From NCBI GenBank assembly GCA_022813865.1, contig JALDZX010000003.1:124001-188000 (forward strand): a stretch of DNA of 64,000 bases, given 5' to 3'. The stretch is from Xylographa opegraphella (Eukaryota). The notes below the pieces were generated by a model. It ran no database searches. It was not told the DNA's origin and saw only the letters and a list, made by a program, of their open reading frames with translations. Made by a program: the position numbers and the translations under genes. How positions within the stretch are numbered: position 1 is the stretch's first letter; every line of letters begins with the position of its first letter. Below are positions 52,410-61,791 of this stretch, one piece after another.

Positions 52410-53150
52410 CTATGCAGAAGCTGGCGCTGCAGTTGGACGTGCTGCCTCCGCCTTGGCCTTCTGATAATCCTCGTCGGTCAACACTCCGCCCACCTTGAGC
52501 TCGTCGCGCGAGTATGTGAAAGTCAGGGAAGCATCAAGTTGCAGCGATGCCGTCGTGTTCCCAAGCAGGGATTTTCCGCCCTGAATCCGCGCGAGCGAGA
52601 AGCTACCGTCCAGCGCCGCCTTGCCCGCGGCCTGAGGCAGCTGGCCGAGGCTCGTCGTTGGGTGCTCGATGCCATTTTCGTCCGTCGTGTAGAAATCACG
52701 CAGAAGCCAGTAAGTGCTGTCGAAGGGATTGAGCAGGACGAAGAAGCCGGCGCTCTGAGGCTCGATGGCGCCCGTGCTATAGAAATAAAGGTCGCCGAGC
52801 GTGAAGAAAATGCGGAGAGTCTGGGCTGGGATATTTGTTGGCTTGGAAGGGGTGATGGTCAGCTTTTGAAGAGTGTACCCGATGGGGTATTGTTGCTGCT
52901 GTTTGAGCTGATCGGACGTAAGTCGATTGGAGGAGTTCAAAGTTGCGCTTGGGCAGGCAGCGATAGTCAGAGAGCCTCCAGGACGAGTTCCGAACGGAAT
53001 GGCGGGAATGGTGGACCGTTCCAGATACTCCCTCAGGTTATCGCGCGATAAGTCTGTCAGGAAATCCGTTTTTCCGATTGTGGACACAACATCAGACACT
53101 GTCTGAGGCTTCATGAGATCAGCGTATTTGGCTTTGGTGAGGTCAGTCAT
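52410..53150 (-). CDS. Hypothetical protein, 246 aa, intronless
   Basis: ATG in good context (CAAAGATG), uninterrupted ORF with globular composition, TATA-like sequence near 53342-53349. No family recognised. Confidence 0.7.
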   Translation of the reverse strand: MTDLTKAKYADLMKPQTVSDVVSTIGKTDFLTDLSRDNLREYLERSTIPAIPFGTRPGGSLTIAACPSATLNSSNRLTSDQLKQQQQYPIGYTLQKLTITPSKPTNIPAQTLRIFFTLGDLYFYSTGAIEPQSAGFFVLLNPFDSTYWLLRDFYTTDENGIEHPTTSLGQLPQAAGKAALDGSFSLARIQGGKSLLGNTTASLQLDASLTFTYSRDELKVGGVLTDEDYQKAKAEAARPTAAPASA

Positions 53151-54474
53151 CTTTGGGACTGTGTTTCCTGGTCAGCTCGAGCAAGTGGGAAGGTCTATCT
53201 GCGTGGCCTACTATCAGAGAGACTTTTTATGATCAAAGGAGTGCTTTGTCCTGCTGCTGGAGGCATGATTGGAGCGCCCGTGTGATGACCTGGAAAACGC
53301 GAGCAGCTCTCGCTTTTTGGATGTCAAACACCTAGTATCAGATATATAACTATTGTGCTCCGCTTTCGTAGCTCGAGGACAGGAACTTTCGTGCTTGGTG
53401 CCAGATATGAGGTAAATGGGGAAAAGCCTTTCGCTTGCGTGAAAGGCGCTGGCTGGCTTTTAATGACTCACTTCGCTCATGTCTTCTATACTGGTTTCTG
53501 GAGATGAGGAGCAACAGACACTAAAGGACGGAAAGAGGCCAAAATCCGCTAGCATATGCGACATTGTCCACCTCGTATTCTCAAACTATGGTATACACGG
53601 TGCAGACTGCTCACCGCATAAAGCCACGATAATATTTGTCCAGCATATCGCTGGTCCAGCCCGTGTACTTGTGGAGGTTGTTCAGCTCGACACTCGGCGC
53701 TAGGCGCAGGCTGAGCCATGACAGCATTGGCGGGAGAAGCAACCTGAAAGCAGCCAGAGCGCCACGGCGTTCCAGAGAGGTGCTGGAGTTCTTCAGCTGA
53801 GTATCACTCCACGAATGCCTGACGATGCCTGACGATTCACGATGCCAACCTTCGGCAATGGCGTACTCCGAGAGCAGCTAAAGCCGCCAAACAGAGCTCA
53901 GCGGCCGATTTTGTGACTGCTCTTCAAAACAAAAAAGCGAAAGTGGCTGGACCAGCGAATCATGCTTCTTCTCGATCGTGTTAGCGATGATTCTTGTAAA
54001 GCTGTCACTCGTATTTCCATGTGTCGTTGGCTTGGGTTATGTCTGCGCTTATGCATGGAACCAGTCTGCTCTTGCTGTTGAATTGGTGCTTTCATTGGCC
54101 ATGAATCGAGACATAGTGTCGGCCCTTCATCTCCAAGTCGAATTTGTGGCTGACTTAGTAGTGTCGTTCACCGACAACATTGCTCGTCGCTCTTCATTCA
54201 TGGTGATATTGATTCGGCTTGCTTTCTAATTTTGTACCTCGCAGCCACTTACGAGTATATCCAGGTTACTTAAGTCTCTGGTCTTACCTACAAGAAGAAA
54301 CCTTTGGATTGTCGAAACTCAGAAAATTTCAAAACGACTAGTATATAAGTCTTAAGTACAATATTTCGAGCCAAAAAAGAAGAGGTATGCTACCCAATGT
54401 GCCATAAGTTTCTTAAAACTTCGAATTCTTCCATTCCCACAGTGATAATTCTCTAAGCGATCTAACTTATCCAG

Positions 54475-55914
54475 ATGGCGGCAGTCATTCATGTCGGCCT
54501 GGATTGGGACAGACAGCCTTATAACCCAGCTCCGCCTGGAGGTGCTGTGCACCAAACCATATGGCCCCAACCACCTGCTGTAGGGGCTCCGGTAGGACAG
54601 CCTGCTGGAGCTTCCTACACTTGGATCGATTCGAATCCGGTGGTATTTGCAGCTGTGCCTAATGCAGATCTCTGTACTGTCACCGTCGACCTGGCCAGGG
54701 TCTTTGATTTAATGTCTCAGGACATTGCGAGCCATGATCCAAACCAGCATGAAGTTCAGACGAGGCAACTCATCAACCTCATTCTCGCACAGACCATCCG
54801 TTTCATCGTACCGGTCTACAATACCATAACTGCCGCAGGTGTGCGAGCAAATGATCAAAACTCTTTGCTATTGCATCTGATGTCAATCATGACCATGCTT
54901 CCCGTACCAGCAGCCGGCGACCCTTACAACATCCCGAACTGGGTGACAACCAAGTCGCCTTATGAGCTGCTGCTGGAGATACTAGTTCTGCGTTATGCAG
55001 GCGGCTGGGCAGCTCTTAGACGTAAGCATGCTTACCACCCCTCCCCAACTATAGCTGTGCTGATAAAATCTTCAGCCCTGATGTTCGTGGCGATGGATAA
55101 CCAAGCTGTCGTTCTCCCTGGGATAGCCGCCCCACGGCGCACCGGGTACATAACATTCGAGACGCCGCTTCCGAACGCCCGACGTTCTACTAGCCCTTTT
55201 GTAAGCTCCTTAACCTACGGTCCAGCGGCCATAGGTGCCGTCAACGTCGATTACATCCTCGCAGCAACCTCCCTTGCGAAAGCCAACGGTTATCCCGCTC
55301 TTCATTCATGGGCGTACAACGCCCGCGTCGAGCGTTACCGGCCGCAGATCTACGCCGACATCCGCACCGCCCTGCTCCGCAGAGACGAAGGCCTCGACGT
55401 CATCGTCAATCAGCAAGCGGGTGCCGTAGCGGTGGGCGTCCCCGCGAAGCAGGCGCTTATCCCGCCCTTCAGAACGGCCGTGGTGAACTATAAAGTCGCT
55501 ACACCGGAATTCTTCTATCACCCGCACGCCTGTGTCTCGTACACGGCCAACACGCTGACGCGGCGCACCTTCTGCTGGTCGTGCTGGTCGATCTACCGCT
55601 TCGACGCGAACGAGACGGACGCCTCGCCACGCTGGATCGAGTTCTCCAACTACGAGCCCAACGTTCATGCTGCAGGATGGGTACCCCCGGTGCCGGTGGG
55701 CCCGGGACCACATCCTGTTGCTCCTGTACCAGCGCCAGCGGCTGTTGGGCCGGGGCCGTGGGGCAATTGTGCCGAGTCTGTGCTTCATAACCTGTGTTCG
55801 AGATGGGGCGCGCACGGGATGATCACGGTGGCGAATAACCAGGGCCATATCGACGCGGCTAACGGAAATTGGGTACCTAACAACGCGCTTCCGCCGACTC
55901 CAGCAGCATTCTAG
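54475..55914 (+). CDS. Hypothetical protein, 479 aa, intronless; candidate Zn-dependent deaminase-fold protein
   Basis: Long ORF with TATATAA at ~54342; C-terminal region contains C367-x2-C370 and W-G-N-C432-A-E434. Confidence 0.8.
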   Translation: MAAVIHVGLDWDRQPYNPAPPGGAVHQTIWPQPPAVGAPVGQPAGASYTWIDSNPVVFAAVPNADLCTVTVDLARVFDLMSQDIASHDPNQHEVQTRQLINLILAQTIRFIVPVYNTITAAGVRANDQNSLLLHLMSIMTMLPVPAAGDPYNIPNWVTTKSPYELLLEILVLRYAGGWAALRRKHAYHPSPTIAVLIKSSALMFVAMDNQAVVLPGIAAPRRTGYITFETPLPNARRSTSPFVSSLTYGPAAIGAVNVDYILAATSLAKANGYPALHSWAYNARVERYRPQIYADIRTALLRRDEGLDVIVNQQAGAVAVGVPAKQALIPPFRTAVVNYKVATPEFFYHPHACVSYTANTLTRRTFCWSCWSIYRFDANETDASPRWIEFSNYEPNVHAAGWVPPVPVGPGPHPVAPVPAPAAVGPGPWGNCAESVLHNLCSRWGAHGMITVANNQGHIDAANGNWVPNNALPPTPAAF

Positions 55915-57152
55915 GTTAGTTGAGGAGCTGGGTACGGGAGTTATTCAAGGTGTAGGACTGTTTCGTTGTGATGCGTTGCTTTTATCACGAAGAAGATAAC
56001 CTTGCGGTACATGTACCAAGCACTCACGCTCCATGCAGCAAGCCGTGCTAGAATCGCTAATCGGCCGTCCAATTCAATAGCAAGTCCAGAAAAGAGCCAT
56101 AAATGCCCCAAGAACCCATCTAAATGCCAAGTCCCGCGCGCATACACAACAGTTGCAAACAAAATGCAATCCCATCTCCTCCGCCCTATAAAAACACTCT
56201 CCCAAATCTCATAACTACCCATCCTCCCCTTCCCTCCAATCCCCACCCTCAAATAACCTCCATCCTAACCTCGCAACCCTCCATCCCTCTCACCATCCTC
56301 TAACCCCCTTTCCCACGCACGCCACGGGCCGTGAAATTCAAAACAGCACAATGTGCCAGCACTCCGCGCCTCAGCCTCATTCCCGACGTTGACGAAACGG
56401 CTCACGCCCGTGCAGTAAGCCAGCGGCAGTTAAAGAAAAGCGGAAGCTTTCGCAAAAGTCAATATGGACGACCCCTACCTAACGGCGCAGATATCTCTCA
56501 GCAGCGATGGAGAAACGTGCGCGGATGGCGAGATTATCCTAGTCTACCGGCAAGAAGGCAGCAGCTGCCGTATCCAAACCCCCTATCATCGATACAAGAC
56601 TGCATGGCTGAACAGTAACTTAGAACGCTAATGACTAGACTACTCGATCCATCGAAGCAGACGTGGCAAAGCTCGACTCCGCGTCCCGGAGATATTGGTA
56701 GGAAAGGGAGCCGAGGGCGCTGGACAAGGAAGGCGTGAGTCATGGCGTGGCGTGGCATGATGGTGCTGGTGGGGGGGGTAAGGTAGTCTGTCAGGGCATA
56801 AGGGAGACTCATATCGCGCACACACGCAAGTCAGACAGCCAAGTCAACAGCAGTCTGTGTCTTTGCCCCGAGACGGGGTCTCTCCCATTATGCTACATAG
56901 CACGAGCGAATCCACCGCTCCATCTGGGAATTTCCCTCGTAGCGGCCAGAAGGCCGTCAGCCATGACAACTTGAAGAGAACCTCCCTCCCCTCCCAACGC
57001 CCGCAACTCCCATCCCAAGAAACTCCCGCACTGCCCGTTCCGGAAGAAGTAAAATCCGCCAGCCAAGAAAGCCATTGATGTGTTCAACCCGCCCCTACTT
57101 CCTCACCCTCCCCTCCCTCTCCCCACCTGGCCCGGCCCATACCACCTGCCTC

Positions 57153-57824
57153 CTATGCACCCTCTGCGCCCGCCCACCAACCCCTCCGGAGCGCGCATAT
57201 TCCCTCCCTCCCTCCTGACGAGCCCTCCCCTCCCCACCGTACCCCCTCCCCACCGTACCCCCTCCCCGTATACTCCCTCCCCACCATTCCCTCCCACGCC
57301 ACACCCCCGGCACCCTCTCCACCCAGCGACCCAACCCCCCCATCACGCGCTGTACAAACCCCCTGCCCCTGCCCCTCCCCCACTCCCACTCCCACTCCCT
57401 CCGCCCCCCTCAACCAGCACTCAAGCATCCCCATCTCCCCCTCCCTCCCCCTCCCCTCCCCTCCACAAACCCCACACGGCCACCCCGGATCGCCCAGATC
57501 AAGCGACGAGACCGAATGCAGCGCAGACGCACAGTCGCGCCCGACGTCGTTGCGAGCGAGCGGGGCGTGGATATGCGCGGGGTGGTTCCATGGCCTCGCG
57601 TCCCTGCGGCGGCGCGCGGGCGCGAGGAGGGAGGCCGTGGAGGGGCTGCTGGTGAGGGAGGGGGTGGCGCTGGCTGGTGGTGTGCGTGTGCGCGTGAGAT
57701 GTGGTGGCTGCGCTCGCGAGGGAGTCGGGGTGGTGGGGGGGAGGAGGAGGAGGAGGCAGGGGAGGGGGGAGAGGGGCGCGGTGTGCGCGCAGGTGGGGAA
57801 GGAGTAGTGGTAGAGGTGGCACAT
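57153..57824 (-). CDS. Hypothetical Cys/His-motif protein with low-complexity regions
   Basis: Starts MCHLYHYSFPTCAH..LPC and later has C..WPCGVC, the MC-xn-CxH..CxxC pattern of many small fungal proteins. It lies in skewed low-complexity DNA, so it may be spurious. Confidence 0.45.
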   Translation of the reverse strand: MCHLYHYSFPTCAHTAPLSPLPCLLLLLPPTTPTPSRAQPPHLTRTRTPPASATPSLTSSPSTASLLAPARRRRDARPWNHPAHIHAPLARNDVGRDCASALHSVSSLDLGDPGWPCGVCGGEGRGREGEMGMLECWLRGAEGVGVGVGEGQGQGVCTARDGGVGSLGGEGAGGVAWEGMVGREYTGRGYGGEGVRWGGEGSSGGREGICALRRGWWAGAEGA

Positions 57825-58599
57825 GGTTGGTGGGAAGGTGGTTGTTCTTTTGGTGGTGGTGGTTATTTTGGTGGTGGTGGTTGATGTTGTTGTTTTGCGG
57901 GGTTTTGTCGTTGAGATGAGAGGTCAGACTGTGGGAGAAGTGTGGATTGAGGTGTGGCGAGAAAGGATTGGAAGCGGTTGAAATGGTAGAGATGGAAGTT
58001 TGCTCAGAGCCAGAATTGGATAGGTGGGGATGAATGACTGTGGTAAGATTGGCAGGCGGGAATAACACGGTCGAGGTGGGCTCTTCTGCTTGAGCAATAA
58101 CACATAAGAAAGTTTGGGCGTGAGGTTTCTGTTGTGCATGGGTGTGCAATGTCTTGAAGAAAGCTCCTCACTGGTGAGTGTACAAAGGCACCGTGGCTTT
58201 CAGCTTAGAGGCAGCAATTAACAAACATGGAGGATGGAGCATCATCCAAAATACCGGTAATGTTGAAATTCAAAGTGGTACTCGGCTAATGGTGTTGAGA
58301 AAATCAAAACACTCTACTAGCTGCAAGTCCCGAACATCAGGGAATGCAACGCGGCAGAGACGCAAAAACATATAGCTGACACTGGGTACTTTTCCGCATT
58401 TGACGACTGCTGAGACTCAAGTCCTCCTCGCAGCGATAGGCTCTCCTATTTGTGATGATCGAACAGATAAATAGAACGAAGCTGCAAGTTCTAGTACTAA
58501 TACACAAAGAACTCAAACAGATATGTGTTTTGTCGATCATCCTTTTAATCTATACTTCCTTGAGTTCATATCCAATGGGTATCCAAAATAATTATTCAC

Positions 58600-59459
58600 T
58601 CAAGAAGGTTGCGATTCTGCCATTTTGTCGTGCTCGTCAATGTCCCTATGCAGGTCAGGATTTGAGCCGAGCTCCAAGTTCTTGCAATTTGATATGCCAC
58701 ATACGTTGCCTCCCACGGATAACATATCCAGACATCGCCCACTGTTTTTGCAGCAAGGTACCGGTTTTCTTCCATCATATCGGTAGGTAAGTGCCCCCTC
58801 TTGGGTTTATCTTTGTTCTATCGATCGTCAGCACGCCGTATGCTATTCAATGGATGAATTGTGCCTACATGAACCACGAAAATGCTGAACCGAGTCCGTT
58901 GCGCGCCTTTACCCAACTGCTTCCTCGCGGTTTCGACATCGTTTTCCAGCTCCCTCACCGCATATTCGAGAGTTGTCCGGGTATCGTCGACTTCATCAAC
59001 AATTAATATGTTCTTGCCGATGAGATTCGACATCTCGAGGGAGCTCAAGTCCAGCCATTGTGTGCGGGTAACCTTGGTTCCTGGCTCTTCGACGGGACCA
59101 TCAGTTCCAAGAGTTTCGTAGAGTGATAGACCGATGGCTTGGATAGGTATGTTGGGGGCGCCTGGGCGTTTGAGGAAGGATCTGCATGCTTCATTAGCCA
59201 CCATCGATGGCGCTCTTGCATGTAGCTCTTTTTCCTCACCTCAGTATACGTGCAGGTACATAGCCCCCACCACCGATTGCAATGATCAAGTTTGGTTGGA
59301 AGTCATTCAAAATCTTCTCGGCCGAATCCTGACACAGCTTGTGAATCTATACATATTCAGTCGACTGTATTGGATATTATTCGTGCACACACTCCAACGG
59401 CTCAAGACAACAGGCGGGGAGCAGACCTCATTGTAAGTAACGTAAACTTTTTGGACCAT
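58600..59459 (-). CDS. XPT1: Xanthine/hypoxanthine-guanine phosphoribosyltransferase (yeast Xpt1/Hpt1 type); 5 exons
   Basis: KVYVTYNE-VHKLCQ, IAIGGGGYVPARILRSFLK, IQAIGLSLYE, PRPP-binding ILIVDEVDDTRTTL, HNKDKPK and WICYPWEA-DIDEHD. Confidence 0.95.
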
Positions 59460-59769
59460 AATGGATATGACGGGCCACGGACACTGGTGGATCGATATCA
59501 CAGTTGTGCCGACGAGTTCGGGGGCTTTGGAGTCACAGGGCGCATGTGGGCAAGAATTTCCCCACGAAAGTGTCCCGCACTAGTTCCCATGGGCCGAAGA
59601 TCCGCCGGATGAAGACGTTATGAGACAGGGGGGGCTCAAGGTTTGATATGAGGATCAGGTCGACAGATCCGAGGTACTCCGTACATTATGAGGAATGAAG
59701 TCGGGGCGAATAGGTAGAATCCAACTTCAGACAGCCCTTCGGCGACGTCGCTTAGGTCTGGCTGAACGA

Positions 59770-59835
59770 GCCAGATGCCAGATGCCAGATGCCAGATGCC
59801 AGATGCCAGATGCCAGATGCCAGATGCCAGATGCC
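59770..59835. repeat. Perfect heptamer tandem repeat (GCCAGAT) x9.4
   Basis: Nine exact units plus GCC, in the intergenic region upstream of XPT1. Confidence 0.97.
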
Positions 59836-61791
59836 GGAACCATGACAAGTTCCGCAGCCAACTGCCAATTTCACGGGTGAGCAAGTCGTTCGATCCTTCG
59901 CCAACGCATGGTTGTGGGCATGCACACCGTGCGCATCAGGCTGCAGAACAATCAGAATCTGGTTCCTGGTTCGTCAGGCTGTGACAGCCATATGCTACAT
60001 CGTGGAAGATCTGACATGATCCACCTGGGCGCGGCACTTGCCGCCACAAGGGACGTGTCATCACTGCGGGCAGATATCAACGACGATCTCTCGATGTTGT
60101 TATTGCGCTGATTCCCTCTCCCCTTCCCGGCAAGCCTGACAGGTCCATTGACGGTAAGCCGGAAGCGTGCCGGAAGCGGGGGAAGAGAGTTGGGCCCGAA
60201 GGAGGATTCGCCGGCTTCGGACAAAGCTTCTAGGCCAGCCGAGGGAGTGCATCGAGCCAGCTGAGAATCACGGTAGGATCACTCGATGCGTGCCTGTTGG
60301 CTGTTGGGGTGGACATTGGCCAAGAGGCAGATTAATCATCAGGCCAATTACGAAGTACTCCGTAGTCCGACGAAGGTGCATACAACGCCAGCCATGAATG
60401 CTTTGTTTCCGCTCTCTCTCCATCCAGCTTCACTTCTTCCTTTCACTCGGCTTTCCGCGTTCGGGTGGTCAGGTCCGAAGCTGAGCTGAGCTGCTGCAAT
60501 AGGGAATAGGGGGCCGAGCTTCCCAGATCCCACCCTTAGGTCAACCTCTAGCCCCTCTTAGTGCCATGTGCGACTGCGCACGAGCTGCCCTGAGGCCCCC
60601 GTCCTACCACCCCCCCGGTTCTACCCAACCCCCCCGTCCTAACCTTCCCCCCCCCCGGCTTACCCCCGTCCTAAAGCCCCCCCGTCCTTTAACCACCCAA
60701 CAAACTCCCTCCGCGCACCACTCCTTCTCGTCGTGCTTGTCGCCCTGACGTTAGATGCTAAGGTAAGGTATGATACTCCGTAGTACAGTAGTAAGGTTGC
60801 GCAATTCGAGCGTGCCATCACCCTTGTCCCCCCCCCCCATCCCTCTCTCCCAAAAGCCCCCCAAATCCACTCCACAGTACGAAGGAAGCGAATCTATCTA
60901 AGATTGTGTGCCATGCATCCCCTCCGCTGCCTACTTCCGACCTACTACAACTAGATCCCTCCGTGTCCTCTGTCGGAACTAAAACTGCTCAACGCCGAGT
61001 CCGTACTCTTCCCGCCCCCAACCCATTGCTCCGTGTGTAAAGTAAGGAGTTACTCATCTTTCTGTCCGTAGATCTCACCTTCGCGATACCTTCAACGCTC
61101 CAACGCGCAGCGAAACAGCGCATTGCTTTACCCGGCTGACGCGACTTGGATGAGTCTGCGCAACATCAGATCGGTCCCAAGTCGATCGCCTCACAGCGCT
61201 CCATTCCATCGCTCTCGAGCTGCGAAATCATCACTCTCCAAACCCAGACGGCTTGTTCAGCTTCGCTATTGATGTGGTGCGGCTGGCCTGAGGGAACAAA
61301 GAGCAAGCCATTTCGTTGTGGTTACACTCCGAGACCCAATCTCGGACCCAAGCCGGCAAGCGACATATATTTGGACAGAAAACGGCAATTCACATTATAT
61401 CCTTAAGCTTGAGCTAGGATCGGGTTGTTCCAGAAGCTCTGGGGGGTGAGTAGACGTCACGGCCCAGCACATCTCCTCACAACTCCCATCATCCACCATT
61501 CCCGGGCTCGTTGGGTGCGCTATCCTATGAGCTCCAGTGGCTTCAATCCTTCGATCACAAGTCAACAGTTGCCATCACCGCTCCAGTCTGGCTTTCAACT
61601 AGTTACTGCGTGCCAACGGTCTTGGACGTTCGCGCTCTGCTCCTCAGACAGGGTTGTGCAACACCGTGGGGGTCCCGATCGACAGCTACACCCAAGACCT
61701 TAATCGTGCGGACGACCAAAGTGCACATGCCTCTGTTTCCGCTGTACAGACGAAGTTCCGGTCAAAGGACTTCCCCCCCTTTTTGGACGTC

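Noticed and set aside
52341..53051. 236-aa plus-strand ORF
   Set aside because: Antisense to the 246-aa minus ORF, starts at TTG and has less protein-like composition.
53464..53470. Gcn4/CpcA site TGACTCA between the divergent ORFs
   Set aside because: A single 7-mer is expected several times by chance in 64 kb.
59770..59835. CRISPR-like array
   Set aside because: Spacer-less heptamer tandem repeat in a eukaryote, with no cas genes.
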